Below, piece after piece: positions 14,296 to 28,555 of a stretch of DNA of 64,000 nucleotides (within the stretch, counting starts at the first letter, position 1; each line of letters opens with the position of its first letter). The notes under the pieces are model-generated. The model had not been told where the DNA came from and searched no databases. It saw only the letters and a program-made list of their open reading frames with translations. A program made the translations under genes and the position numbers. The DNA is from Tubulanus polymorphus (Eukaryota > Animalia > Nemertea). The stretch covers positions 22,300,299-22,364,298 of the forward strand of contig NC_134025.1 of NCBI RefSeq assembly GCF_964204645.1. Direction: 5' to 3'.

Positions 14296-15158
14296 CGATT
14301 CACTGAATATTTTATATCAATAGTGTACATTTTTAAAGATTTTGTAAATAAATTGTTCTGTTGTACTGTAAAGCCCTCCAAGTCCGATTCATTTGGAATT
14401 TATGTAGTTCTACTATTCATTGATGGCACAAGGACAAGTGGACTGGAAGAAGCCATCCAAACCAATTCGAGTATTGTCCTTGGCACCTGATCTACCATGG
14501 CAATCCTGATAAATTGTCTGTAATAAGAGTGCAGTCAGTCAAAACCCTAAAACTTTGCCATTTGGAGCCGGTTTTATAGACCTGGACCCAGTTCAAAGTT
14601 TTCAGTTAAGTTTCATTCATTTAGTTAATTTTCGATGTTTTGAGCAAAATCCCAACTCGTGTAACTGAAAATGGGTCCTTAAACCCAGGGGTTAATTCAA
14701 TTACATGTATTAGCCAATACGAGTTCCTCTGCGGTTAAGCGAATATGAATATGAGATTGTAAAACCATACAACCAAAATAATATAAAACCAAATACAGTT
14801 CAGTCTATCAAAACACTTAGATTCTACTAACGTGACACATGCATCTATTAGTATAAATAATTGTAGAAGTAAATAATTTATTTTCTGAAAAAATTTAAAT
14901 GTACATTACACTAACAAGTACATAACTTTTCTTAGCAATAAAACTCGCACATCTTAATATCTTGGTTTTGTACATTTTGAGGGGAACTTCAATTGTGGTT
15001 TCAATTTTCAGCATTACACTGTAGTACAAGCGACAGTGGTAGCAAAAATTGCATCGCAGAGATCCGAGTAATGCAAACGCATTACGACCTAGCTTTCATT
15101 GAGAGTACTGGCAGAGATTGGAGTGAAAAAATGCTTTTTTCCTTATTCCACTATAGAT

Positions 15159-18100
15159 TCAATCAACGTGCTTCATAATAGAATGTAATATTTCAATTCC
15201 ATGCAACTCACGAAGTCTTTCCAAATGCCTGAAAAAAGGACCATTTGTATTAGAATTTTTCACAGTACAAACATTGATCAATTTTCGCTTGCACAGAAAA
15301 CCTTGAGTCCACTAAATCTTATCCAAGTACAGGTACTCTCTGAATCAAAGATACAGTAAGCAATATTCGGCATGTGTAGGAAAAGACTAAATTAATTCCT
15401 TCGTTAGCTACACATTAAGGTTTGCCTTCAACATGTTATTACCTTGGATCCCCTTGAGTCAACTTAGCGACTAAAATACCAGCATTTTTCTGTACATCCT
15501 TCATTCTGCCATCGCGAACGATCACTAGAAGATTCTGTATGATATTCGTTTTTGCCAAGCGGGAGCATACTTTCGTAACTGAGCAACAGTTGCTCAGACA
15601 GAGAGCCGCGTTTCCAACGATATGTTCATTGTCGTGATTCAGCAGCTCAACCACACTATTCAACCCTGGAAATAATGAAAATTAAGGCAATTCATCGTAC
15701 GTAAACTTTTATCATATGAAGCTTCAAATAAATTTACAGGACACCTACGTACCATCCTTATTATCAGCTATATCCAGTGAACATTGCGAAATCTGTTGAC
15801 TGAAAACAGTTATAACCTTCATACTTGAAGTAACATCCTTTTGATTATCACTCTGAAATTTATAAAAACAATACAGCTTGGAACGAACATTGTATATTTT
15901 CTTGAATCATTATTACTGTACTGTAAACAACAAAATAAATATATTGTATCATTTGGGAACAAACAGATGAAATGCATGGTATCTCGATCCTACAGATAGA
16001 TATAGCATATCCATATTATCCTTTAGATATGCTATAGACAATGACGATATAGCTGTAGTTTATAGTACACTACCTTTAGTAAATTTAGTAATTTCTCTAA
16101 AAAGCTCGTGGTATAGATTGTTTCAGCAGCTTCGCGTGATTTCGGGAATAAATGACTGATTAATGCTAAACTGCGTTGACGTAAATCATTGTGGTCACTG
16201 TTAAACAACTCGACGCAATACGATGCCATTTTCGCCGCAGCCGCTTTGCACTCTTCGGATGGCTCTAACGACATGTTCATAGCTAAACCCAGTAAACTGT
16301 GCAGAGCTTCTTTATGTCGCGTGATAGAACTTGAATTCATGCACGGCACAGCCTGAAATAGACACAAATACGTGGAGATATTCTGCTTTCATGGTGGAAA
16401 CGCAGCACAAAAAAATCGTCGCTGTACTAAAGTAAAACGAATTCTATTTTCTATCAACCACAAGCACGATGATAAACTTACCAGCAAATGGAGGCATCCA
16501 TCCCACATTCCTTTCCTGCATATTATCTTCTGCCTTATGTGCGCATCATTGGTTAGATTGGTCACAGCTGATAAACATAAAGGCAATGTCGACTTACTGA
16601 CATCGCAAGTAATCTACAAAAAGATTCATCAAAATCTATTTCTACTAACTTTTTAAGCTATATACACTTCATTGAAATATAGGCACTCTTCCTTTCTGAC
16701 TAAATTTGGGGTGGGGGGCACAATGCTGATCTAAAAAATTTATCCTACAATTTGGGAACCAGATCCAGATTTTGTACTCACGATGAAATTTTCAAAAGCA
16801 GAGAAAACATTTTCCACATCGGTCCTCAGCTGCGCTTTATACTTGGGGTTCAATGTAAGATTGTTGATGAAACCCATAGCGTTCACAGCCATGAGACCGT
16901 GAGAGTTCATCAGACTGAACACAGATTTTGTAAGACTGTAATAGAAAAACACAAAATTCTTGAAAAAAATCATGTTTCCAGCAGCAGGTCATATAATTTT
17001 CTTTTTCAGGTCTGTACAGTATGGGAAGACTAGCAAAGGATCAAACAATAACAAACCTTGGAATATCAAATTTAGAAATGATTTGGTTTCTTCCTAATTC
17101 TGATTGCGAGACTATGTGAAGAAAATTGATGCATGCCTCTTTAAGCAGCTTGCGTTTTGTTGTAAGTATTGTTTGCAATGTTCCAACATATTTTGATTCT
17201 TCCATAATTTGTTTAATATTCTCATCTGAAAATAACCCTCATTAGACAGAGACCGGTCAAGTATTTGGAAATCACAATAACCATAAATGGGGCGTAGCCT
17301 AGGCTCCACTAAATGAAAGCCCAGTTGCACAGTCATGACTAACAGGCATAAATGATAAGACTATTTTACTGGTTTCGCTTGATTATGGGCAGAATATGAC
17401 AGAATCCAAATCATGATTGTGACAAGTAAGTCATAGCTTGGTCTTAAATCAGAATGACTTTGATAGAATAATCAACTTTTACTGGTCAATATATCTAACC
17501 CATGACTGCGCAATTGACCCCTGCATTGGAACATCAGCTGATAAAAGAGTTCGATCCCTTATCTATCCTTTCCATTCATACCATTGTCGGTACAAGCCGC
17601 TGTATATGTTTCTATACACGCCCAGGTTACATCGCGATCCTCCTTCGATAAGCTATTCACATGAGATGAGAAAGATCTGAAAAAATATACCAGTAGATGA
17701 AATGACTAGAGAATGATTTGCGATGTGTAAAAAGTTTGAGCGCTAGATAAATCAAATTAGCGATTTTCTACAAACCTTGAAACGGCAGGATGAGATTGGA
17801 CGAGTTGTAATCCTCCATGAGTTCGAAATAATGTCCGGTCGTTGGCTGAAATGTAATAATTTGCATAAAATATTTAAATGTTACTAAGATTTTTAGTCTT
17901 TTAGCATTAACACACTCGCACTCATGTTTCCATACAAGATCTTTAGAAGAAATGTGAAAGCGACAAATAATTCTAATGTTCTACATGTACTTACTATTGG
18001 TCAGGAATCTAGTGATGATACGCAGACCACCGCTGTAGTACAAAGGTAACTGATCCGGGCGATTTAATTTATCTAATAAGTCGACAACATTTCCAACTTC

Positions 18101-21100
18101 AGAATTATCTGTTTTAAATGCTTCTTCCGCTGCCAAATCGTCATTTTCAGTTTTCTCGGCCAACTGCACCTCAGCAATATATTCTAAAATGAGGTTCAGT
18201 ACATGTCTCCGGGTAATCATACTGATCAGACTGCTGATATTGCAATCTAGTAATTCTGGAATTACTTAATACAACATGCAACAGAATGTCGCGTAACCTT
18301 GTTCAGCAGCGGTATGTTGTGGAACCTTGTTCTGTTTATTCACCTTTGATAATCGATTCCTTTTTTGCATCGATATTGAGAACTTGTTTATAGCTGTTTA
18401 TTGCGTCATTGTACCTCTTTAAACCAAGGTAAGCTTTTCCTTGATGAACATAGGCTTTCACACAGTTCTCAAATACCTTAAAAACAAACTTTGCTTATGA
18501 TTTCGTTTTAGATAAACTGAATCTTTATTCGCTTTTCCTATAGTTATAATGCTAGACACCAATCTCATATTTTTTGGAACAGATGAAAAAAATATTTTTT
18601 ATTACCTCCTACTGCTAAATATTGTGAATGGAGCAGAAATACTTACTCTTAAAGCCCAATCACAGTCACTTAAGGCTTCCTCATATTTTCCAATCTTATT
18701 GTAAGCTTGTGCGCGATTAGTCCATAGAGCAGTGAGAGTCTTAATTTCTGCTAACCCCTGTCAAATAAAAACAAAATACAGGTAATGATCAGTTTTTTTC
18801 AACATTGATCTAAAGCCTGCTAAAATTTCTAATTAATGTCATTATATCATTTCATTTAGGTAAAGAATTTTATTTCATTTTTACCCCAAACATTGAACTT
18901 TGAATTATAATGACTTTTGATGACTAAACTGCTTAAAAACGATTTCTTCTTAAAAACGTTTGCTTCTTTAAAAGGAGATAGATAAGAATATATTATCATA
19001 AGAAGCAACTGATTGTTATACCCCAAAGTGAAATTAAATTTTAAATAGCATTTCCCCGAGTATAACAAACCAATAGCTTATCAATCAATACTGGTTGTCA
19101 TTGAACAACTTTGATATGGGCCAAAATAATCTGATTGCTAATAACTCAACTGAAGCTCAGTATTTTACCTGGGTATAGAAATCAATAGCTTTTTCGAAAT
19201 TTCCAGCTTTAAACTCAACATTGCCAAGTTCTTTCAGTCGCATGGCTTCCTTTTCGCGAACTACTTTATCTCGATATCGCTCTTCAGCATCTCTCTCAAC
19301 AACGCGCAGGAAATCATCTGGAAAAAAATACAATAAACGAATGACAATAAAATACAAATTCCGATGCATTAATACCGATTACTCGTGGAGATACTAATTG
19401 CTAATGATACCTTTGTCAAGATTTGATGATGGTTCGGTCGGTTCATCGCGAAATGTGGCATGATTGATAACTGTCCTATCGACACCTAAAACAAATAGTT
19501 ATCACCTCATCAATTTTCCAGTCTCAATCATCATTTCCTCTAAAAGACGTTTATCATTGAATAAACTTACCTGTCTTATCTTTTTTGACTTTGCCTTGAT
19601 GTTTGTCTAAGTATTTATCAACTGCTGTATCGCTTCCATCTTTATCGCTCGCTATTCCTTTCACAAGTGATTCTGGAAAGGTTGAGAAGAAATCAGATTA
19701 ACAACTGGGCACAATAAGAACATCCTTATTACCGAGATGACATATTTTACCGAGATAAACCGAGATGAAATGAAATATAGCATATTTATTTATTCATTAT
19801 CGATTTTAACAATTGAAATCATGTTAGATCAGTAATAAATACCTTCTAGTCATATTTAAAAATTTTTTTTTATTAAAAAAAATTTTGACTTCAAATACGT
19901 AAACTCAGTTTGCAATAAAATTTCATTGAATTTCATTGATCGACGATCTCATCTCGGTAAAGTTTAAGTTATTTTCCTGCAAAAATATCCGACAAAATAT
20001 GTAAAATATGACTCCAGCAGGCATTTATTAGATATGATTTCAATTGTTAAAATCGATAAGGAATAAATAAATGTTATATTTCATTTTATCTCGGTTCATC
20101 TCGGTAAAATACGTCATCTCGGTAATAAGGATGACTGAAGAAGGAGTCTTTTTGGTGAAAGTTTGGCGGCCTAGTTAGTCTGAAGACCAGACAATGAAAG
20201 CGTTCCCTTACGACTTACGTTGTTTCAGGAACGATGGCTTATGTCTATTACACCATTGCTTGAGAGGACATCAGGTGGCTTAGCTCAGTCAGTTTATTGG
20301 TACGTACCTGATTAGGTCTAGGATCAACAAGATTTAACTTCTTAAGGGCACACCTCGCCACCCGTTCTGAAACTACCAAAAGTGACTGAGTTAGCCCAAC
20401 CCATGTCCGCTCCAGCAAAGTTGAAATAGATATTACTAGACTTAAGTCAAGCTGCCTAACGCCAAGATAGAAAACACTTAGTCTGAACCTGCTGATGAAT
20501 CAGAATACAAACCAGACTGGCAGAGATTCAGATTAGTTAGAGTCAGAGATGTGTAACTTGTAAGCTACCTCACGCTTCACCCAGTCCTGGCAGTGTGGCT
20601 GTCTCCACAGTGTATCTACGTTGCTCTACGATCCTGTGTAACCACCCACCCAGACACGTTCATTCAAATTCGCGTGACTTTTGCCGACACAACTACTGTC
20701 GGCATTTTTGCCTGTGTTCAAACTGCGATATCTCAGCAAATAAACAACCGATTTTGATAAATAAACTATGTACACTAACCTTATGATGTCTTACGTTTGT
20801 TCATTATATCATTTTGACGATAAATCTGATTTTAGTACGATTAAATTTGAGATACAAAAATGATGCGCTGATTAGCGATGAGACACGCATCGCTCAAGTG
20901 TCTTGTTGCTAACGAACTACAGCGTTACAATGCCTAGTTTCAAAGTGAAAAAATGATGTCATTTTGCTATTTCTGTATTTATATCGCATCAAGCACGGAG
21001 TATGATGAAGGAACCTCCGAATGAACGTAATAATAAGAAAACTGAATATGTGAGGTTTGTAATGATAGTTTATTTTTCACAATCGATTTGGTGAAACTGG

Positions 21101-21380
21101 ATTTCTGGTGGTTTAAAGTCACTGTGATTTAAGAGTATCGAGAAAATGTCGTTCGTGTCTTGTGTCTGTGGTACATCAGACACAAGGTTCTTGGTGAACC
21201 TCACGCCTACGTTACGGGTTCTACTACTTTGATTCCAGACACTGACAGGTTAAGTTGGTGATTGAAATAGCGTAAAGAAAACATGGGCCGAAAACATAAC
21301 ACTGCGCGTATAAACTTACCGACAGTGTCAATTTGATCAAGAAACTTATCGAGACCGGTAAAATCAATTTCCTTCGCCAT
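15159..21380 (-). CDS. TTC12: Tetratricopeptide repeat protein 12-like (TPR + ARM repeats), multi-exon
   Basis: Start exon MAKEIDFTGLDKFLDQIDTV. TPR exons include LKELGNVEFKAGNFEKAIDFYT and ALWTNRAQAYNKIGKYEEALSDCDWAL. ARM-like exons include GNAALCLSNC...VQKNAGILVAKLTQGDPR. The last exon HLERLRELHGIEILHSIMKHVD* resembles the TTC12 C-terminus. Confidence 0.85.
19721..20133. mobile_element. Foldback/MITE with ~115-bp imperfect TIRs in a TTC12 intron
   Basis: CATCCTTATTACCGAGATGAC... at 19721 mirrors ...GTCATCTCGGTAATAAGGATG ending at 20133. Short ACCGAGAT subrepeats occur in both arms. No clear TSD. Confidence 0.75.
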
Positions 21381-21640
21381 GTTGTGTATTAGCAACGCTG
21401 ACCAATTCAATTCAATTCAATTCAATATATCGGCGACCTTGAAAAAAGCAATGGCCCCTTTCTTCGTTACCGTTTATCTATAATTTCCGGACGCACATTT
21501 GGCACCGGGCCCGGCTTCTAACAAATAGCAAATTGTAAAATAGCCCCTGTCGACCAACTGTTTTCGGGGCTTAAGAAGTCTCAATAGCTCCCAAGAAAAT
21601 TCTGAAATTGCAACCAATGGTATTCAGCTGTCCGGCGAGT

Positions 21641-21757
21641 CCCTGGGCCCAGTTTCACAGAAAGGTTTATCTCTTAAATCGATTTAATTTCTTCATTAAT
21701 TCAGTTTATCTTAAATCGATTTAGGCCTTAATCCTTTTTGTGAAACTGGGCCCAGGG
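21641..21757. mobile_element. Short palindromic MITE (GGGCCCAGTTTCAC ends; PIF/Harbinger-like)
   Basis: CCCTGGGCCCAGTTTCACA ... TGTGAAACTGGGCCCAGGG inverted termini. Looser relatives occur near 14581-14680, 58809-58931 and 62594-62690. Confidence 0.65.
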
Positions 21758-22383
21758 TTAAATCTAGATTGGCGTAGGCAGCCCCAACAAACCCCGATCT
21801 ATCTGGATGGAAGACGAACCGGGAATCAGACTTCAGAACTTCTAAAATTCACCTTACTTCAAAACAAAAATTAGCCTATGCAAACTGCAACGGTTTCGTT
21901 CCCAGCAGGTGGTGGTGGGTTTTTGTTGGGGGCAAAAAGATCAAGAGATCAAATAGATCTCTGTTCGATCATTAGATCAGAGTGTTTTTGTGAGGTTTTT
22001 CCTCTACGGCGATGTTTTATGCCGCTATTAGTTTTGTTCCAGGCAGGTGCGTGGTTGGTTTTTAAGGGACACGCTATACATGAAATTGAAATATCTAATC
22101 TAATGATAAGACTGTTTAATCATCCCTTTTCAAAGATAAAATTAACTATTTGCCAAATGAAGTTGCAACAACAGCGCAGACTCTGAAATTCGATGCCGAT
22201 CTTCTTTCTAGATACTGCCGATTCGCTTGGATTCATCATTCTTTCGATGCTAAATTTGAGTCGAAGTTCAAGGACGATGAAAAAGAGGGATTTTTTTCGA
22301 AGTCGTCGGCATTCAAATTAAATGCAACATGATTAGAAAGTTGAAACTGATTCATTTTTCCTAATTGGATGAATTTACGAACG

Positions 22384-22554
22384 AAGAAAGAAAGATGGAG
22401 AGTTAATAATCTAATTAAGCGGATACATATTTCTTAATTAATAAGTGAAATGAATATAAGAAAAGATTTGAATATTGTCTTATATTTAATTCACTTAGTT
22501 AATTAAGAAAAAAGAATCCGTTTATTTAGATTATTAACTTTCCATCTTTCTTTC
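22384..22554. repeat. ~170-bp imperfect palindrome
   Basis: GAAAGAAAGATGG...AATATAAGA, a short spacer, then TCTTATATT...CCATCTTTCTTTC. Confidence 0.7.
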
Positions 22555-22664
22555 ATTGCTAAGTTTCTTTTATCTAATGTCGATAAATTCTAAATTCTAC
22601 TAAAAATAGTCGTGTCACAATTAGTGTTTGCGGATTTATTATATCAGCTGCAATGAAACCGCAA

Positions 22665-23655
22665 TCACGGCAGTTTCCTTTCAAAGATCAAATTACGTAA
22701 TTCTTTTCTGATTTCTTTTCCGGTCATCAGATACAAGTACAGATTAAACGAATAATTTAACATTAAAATATCGGCGAGGGCGGTGAGCGTGTTTTTTAAT
22801 TCCGAATTTATCCCGACTAAAAAGCTGATGACAAATGTTGGGAGCGTTGTAACCATGAAGAAGGTGCACAGCAACAGAACCAACACGGTTACCTGGTTTG
22901 ATTATTTCGATGCTCTGCTTGTTTTTGAGTTGTATTTTTTTCTTAATAAAGTGATAGCAGTAATCGTGGACATGATGGCTAACAAAATAAGCGGGCCTAT
23001 AGAGATAAAGATAGACGATAGCAACGGCTTTGTAAATGTGAGCACATTTTTAAGGATACAACCGTTGTCACTAACATCAATAGTCGCAAATAAAAAGCTA
23101 TAAACCAGCGCTGCGGAGCTGACTACGGAAAAACAGAGCTTAGAAGCAATATTCGGCTTCCAGAAACGTGAGCGCTGAACGGAAATCGAACCACACACAT
23201 TCGATCGGTTGCTACGAGGACCAGCGTCCAGGGACTGCTCGCAAAGCAAACTGCTAACAAATAGTCGAAACATATACATTCAATTTGTGTTGATGGTTTG
23301 ACCAGTAATGTCTTCCCGTAAAATATATAAGATATAACGTTGATGTATTTACTGAAATAAACACACAGAAGAACGAAAGTATCGCAGACGGCTAGTTGAA
23401 CGAACATACGACTGAAAGAACGTCGCCATAGCTCACGTCGCCGCATAACTAAAAGAACGTCGCCATAGCTTACGTCGCCGCATAACTAATATGATTGCCG
23501 ATGAATCCTAGGATTAAACAAAGACTGGCGAATGCGAGGTAAAGCCAGAGATAAGTTCCGTTTATCGTAGTTGCAGCTAGTACAATGGCTATGTATATAT
23601 TCGTAGGACTCGTGCCGTTCTGAGGAATGAAAGTTGGAGCCATTGCGTCGACCAA
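22665..23655 (-). pseudogene. Disrupted intronless class A GPCR
   Basis: Four consecutive ORF fragments give TM1 (GN), TM2 (LAVCD), TM3 (TDRM) and TM7 (NYSFNLYLY). The gene is broken by a 37-bp tandem duplication (23415-23488), a second frameshift near 23180 and an in-frame TAA at 22902-22904. Confidence 0.85.
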
Positions 23656-25296
23656 TGAGACTATACTCTCAATAACAGAACACTAATTATTGAAAATATA
23701 TTCTATATTCAAGGCTATATATGTATTTCACAAACGTCAACGCCTTCTTCTTTCGTTCGTCAATTCAAACGACCTTCAGTTCTATACTTAAGTTGCATGT
23801 GAATTCATCACAGCTGTTTCTAGAGAAACTACGGCTTTCTTCAAAATTTTAAACATTCATTAACAAAGCATCGTTAGTTCTTCATATTTCCAAGCGCAAA
23901 TTATGTGTATGCGTATATTATTATGTGCAAATTATGAATTAGCGGTGCATTACAGTAGAAACCCGATTAATGATAATCTGCAGAATTTCAATGGGGTTCT
24001 TGCGAAAGCAGCAGAAATATATGGTATTCTTCACATTTTCAAAATAATTAGCACGGATACTCAACACGCGCAGATTCTAAGTAATGATCCGATAGCTTAT
24101 ATATTAATTTCTAGGCAATATAAGATACCAGAAAACCGGGAAAACACGAGGAATTTGGAAGTGGATGGATAGCGGTGTCTCCCTGTAACTTTGTCAGAAA
24201 GGTTATTTCGGAGGCATCGTCCTTCATTGCTGGCTTCCAATTCAATTTTCCAAAGGCTGCAGTGAACAAAAGCCCCAGTAAATTGGAATCGGAGAACTCT
24301 GTTTTAACTTGATTTATTGACTTTGCAAAAGCTAGTGGCTATAGCAATTCAAAATTCCCATTTATACCAATTTTCTGAACAACACAAGATTTTATAGAAA
24401 ATTGTGCTACATATATCATGTATTTTGCAACCGACACTTTTACGATTTTGAGGACAAAGCTCGCACCATCAATATCTTCCAGATTTTGCAATCGCCGCAC
24501 ATTGGTGTTGCCAGTAACGATACCAAGAATAGAATACGCCTAGAACGTAACCATCTCTGATTTAATTACGCAAACAAAATGGTTTTAAGATCGAATTTCC
24601 ACAACAGGTGAGAGCGCATCAACTAAAATTAAAAAAGGGTAAAAAATTCTGTAAATTCGACCGTCGATCACACAACTATATCTGTACTTCGATTTGCGAT
24701 ATCAAAATCAAATCCCCTGTTTCGCTCCTGGAAGGTGTGGTTGGTTTGTTAGGGACACTCAATCAAAAAACAAATTAATCGATATTTAACAACCAAAAAA
24801 TAACAGGGTCAATCTCTATTCTAAAGATGAAATAAAACTAAAAAAACCTTCGACATGGGCTGAACTATCGATTTTATACCAGAGTTCTATCCGAAAGATT
24901 GCCAAATAATCTTACTTCAGTTAAAATCTTGACTCAATTCGATCGGGTTTCTCGTGAATTTCTGACTCTTCGGAAGAATGTAACTGATAAAATGTATATG
25001 TACAATGAATGCAAACAACACATATGTCATATGTACATAAACATGTGTCATAAACATTGACCGATTCAGCAGAGCATGGCAACATTTTTTTTTCTCATGG
25101 CAACTTAAGACGCACAACTATGAACTATAAGACCATAGAATATGCTCCCAGTTCTTAGACCTGGATAACTTCATATAGGGGTGTGCAGCATCATTTGACA
25201 AATTGGAATTTGACAGAGTGAAAGGTACCTTTGATTTTGTGTTTGAATCACATCGTACTGATTTACTACATTTTCAGTACATAACTTATACTTTAT

Positions 25297-26331
25297 TCAA
25301 TACGGGATTTGATTTCGGCGCCTGTTTGTCCGACACAGACAATCTCTGAATGCAAGCGATCGGAATCTTTTACTAGACAAACAATAAATTACAAAATTAA
25401 CGGAAGAATCAATCTGAACAAACAGAGCCGCCACAAAGTGGAAACTAAGACCCGCGGGTAGAAATCCTTTAAAATTGAAAAATCTAACAAGCAACTTATG
25501 TACAGTCATTGGCATTTCGAGTAAACTAAAAGTTGTAACAACAGTAAACGCTAGTATTACAGCTTGATAATCATTTGTTTTTTGAGTACTCATTTCTGAG
25601 CGCCGTTTAGACGCCCTATTCAGAGAAAATACAAGACCTGCATTTGCAAGAGCTATACCAAAAAATGGTATGAATATTCCTAATAGGTGCACTAGGCCAA
25701 CTATTTTGGCATTCCAGTAGAACTCAGCCGGTATGTTTGCTCTATAAGGACAACGTACACTAACTGTTTTGATATCTCTAGTAGTATATTGCCAGCCTTG
25801 TGTGGCGACACTTAGACTAACTATACACAGTAAACAGATGTTACAAGTCTTTTTAGTGCAGATAGTTTTCGATTTTAACGGAAAGAAGATGACCGTAAAT
25901 CGTTCTAAACTGATGAGCATCGTGAGAAAATTTCTAATCATTTTGAAAATTTCTTGCACCTGTGTTGTGTGGCGGTGGAGTACAGGACCAACGTAACCAA
26001 AGCGTTCAAGATAATAGATGTATTTACCGAACTTAAGCATAGCGTCGAAATATCTTCCAGATTTTGCAATAGCTACACCCAATAGAAACATATTATCTGC
26101 TATTGTGAGCATGCGTAAAATGTAATACGTGGTTATGTCACTTTTAAAACGAGAGAGTGCGACAAACGTATAACCATTGAGGAAGAACCCCGTTGTCCAA
26201 ATAACAGGAAAACAGTAGGCGTATATGATTATTACGCTGACGATTTTATTGTTGACTAGACAACCTTTTTTAACCGTAGAATTCGGCCATGATGCCGTTC
26301 CGCTACTAATCGTTGGTGTTTTCAGTAACAT
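25297..26331 (-). CDS. Intronless class A GPCR (FMRFamide-receptor-like/chemoreceptor-like)
   Basis: 344-aa 7TM ORF: LTIAD in TM2, SLERF in TM3, DSSVNFVIYC in TM7, SKRFR helix 8. Confidence 0.9.
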   Translation of the reverse strand: MLLKTPTISSGTASWPNSTVKKGCLVNNKIVSVIIIYAYCFPVIWTTGFFLNGYTFVALSRFKSDITTYYILRMLTIADNMFLLGVAIAKSGRYFDAMLKFGKYIYYLERFGYVGPVLHRHTTQVQEIFKMIRNFLTMLISLERFTVIFFPLKSKTICTKKTCNICLLCIVSLSVATQGWQYTTRDIKTVSVRCPYRANIPAEFYWNAKIVGLVHLLGIFIPFFGIALANAGLVFSLNRASKRRSEMSTQKTNDYQAVILAFTVVTTFSLLEMPMTVHKLLVRFFNFKGFLPAGLSFHFVAALFVQIDSSVNFVIYCLSSKRFRSLAFRDCLCRTNRRRNQIPY

Positions 26332-26865
26332 ACTGTAACAGCAGACGTTATAGCACTGTCAGCGTTTGTCTATTACAGCAGTGAATGAAACGTTATCACG
26401 ACTGTGTGGTCACAAATTGTCAGAACAATTACGGCTTTCGAGGCAAAATACTAGAATTTTCCATAGTCACAAATATTTGACGAATAGCGCTGTCGACTCA
26501 TATTAGAATAATCACGTAATAGATAATACGTTTTCCGTAGTGAAAATAACGGCTCATTATATTAAATTTTCAGTGCGTTTCCCCGTATACCCGATTAGGC
26601 CTAGCAATCAACTGAATAAAGTCAAACTATTTTCAACTCAACAACTGATATTTGAATTATTCGTTATTTTTTGGTATATTTTCGTAGAGATTTAAGTTTC
26701 TTCCGATTCTCAAAGAAAGTTTTCAGTTGAATCTCACTGTCACGGATTCCTTTTTAGAGTCGTTGTTTAATTGCCGCCATTTGATATTGACACTGGGTGT
26801 GATTATGGGACTTACTATCCGGGCATGAACTCGGACGTACCCTTGAGCTTGGATAAATCGTTTGA

Positions 26866-27579
26866 CTCCACTAAAAAAGTCTATCCCAGTGGTTATGACC
26901 GCGGCATTTCACTCTCAAAGACCCAGTATCAACAACAATTTAATTGATACTGACAGGTTTAAGTGGTCAAACTCACCATGAGCATCGCTGACTCGCTGGA
27001 CCCCAGCTGCTTGTTACTATGGTTACAGGCAAGAGTGAATAAAGAGCAAAACTTTTCCACACTTAATCCAAGAAAATGAAGTAATAAGCAATGAAAATTC
27101 AGTTTTGAAGTCTTGTTGCATTCAAGAGTGAATATTTCCGCTGGATGCTGAAGTCGGTGTTTACATTATGAAGTGTCTAAACCAATTTCCAAGTTGAAAG
27201 ATTATATTTAGACGGTGTTTCAAGCAAAACAACAGCACTCGACTCATGAGATGATTCCAGATTATATATGCTCACACTCTGAAGAGTTTATAGATGTACA
27301 AAATCAATCAATCAGATTGAATTTGCCACATGACATGATTATTCCCAAAATGAAACTAAAAAATTCAAGAAAGGATTTTGTAAAATTATAAAAATTGGAA
27401 TTTTATATCCTTTAATGAATGGCCAGGATGGTATATTATTCACTCTTGAATGCAGTAGTCGCTTGACCTCAATTACTCGTAAGGCTGAGTGATAGAAACC
27501 ACAGGGATCCCGATATGTTAGTGTAACAACTCTTTGATGCACCGCGGTCATAACTACTGGGATAGACTTCTTTAGGGAG
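26866..27579. mobile_element. Non-autonomous DNA transposon/MITE with ~39-bp TIRs
   Basis: CTCCACTAAAAAAGTCTATCCCAGTGGTTATGACCGCGG (left) versus CCGCGGTCATAACTACTGGGATAGACTTCTTTAGGGAG (right). No internal ORF; TSD not resolved. Confidence 0.7.
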
Positions 27580-28555
27580 CTTGCCTATTCGCTGCAGCTA
27601 CGAGCAATCATCTAATGATCTTAGATAATTGCTCGTAGGCTGCAGGTCAGCTCTCTCCAGACGAAACCAATTTTGAACTTCTGAATAGCTGAATGATTGT
27701 TACATAATTTGATGTTATAATCAACGATAAAAGCAAAAACCAAACGTAGGCGGATGAAGTGGATGTGGATGAAGTAGATGAATTGTTCTAACGGTTCATA
27801 ATAATGTCCGAAATACTGGTTAGAAAAATACGACGTAACTACTGGGTAAATACTAATTACCAACGCGTTCATTGCGATAATAACAATAATTCGTAAAAAA
27901 AGAATAATAATGATAGATGATAATAATCTCGCATCGGGCGAATCTGAGTAGGTGTACCGGGTACATGTACTCTTATGTTTGACACTTGTTAAAAGCCAAT
28001 AATGTTATCTATATATTTAGGTGAAATAAGGAATAAATTGAATTGAATTATCAAACGACACGTGAAGGGCAAGGCCCCAACTACCGTGCGTTCTAGAGAT
28101 ATGGCTACTATTAACCACAACAGGGATTTGTCATGTAGGCCTCGAATGATATTCAGTCAATTTGATACAGATTTGGTTATTCTATTTTTTTTTTCAGAGA
28201 AAATCTAACATTTAGGAAACCATGTGCAATACATAGAATAATCAGATTTTCTACCATGACTTTTCATTTTCTCATTAAAACTTGCCTGCCCTCCATTTCT
28301 TAAATGTAAAGCTTTGACATTCGGTGATGCGAATGTTTGTTTGGTCTGACAATAAAAACATGTCTAGACCCATTTGGAAAATGAATTCTAATTACCAAAA
28401 AAATCCCCGGAGTAATATGTGGAACGTTACAATCGGTAAACGCTGCAATTACCCACTCCCGCGATCTCTGCCGAAAAGACCGAAATATAATTATTTGTGA
28501 ATAGAGAGCTTGCTTGTACACATTCATGTCTAGCAGTTCACACAGTGCAGTCACT

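Noticed and set aside
20175-20400. CTGAAGA...GAAA hammerhead-like core and TAGCTCAG A-box-like motif
   Set aside because: Stem II and the flanking stems do not pair, and no tRNA fold is evident.
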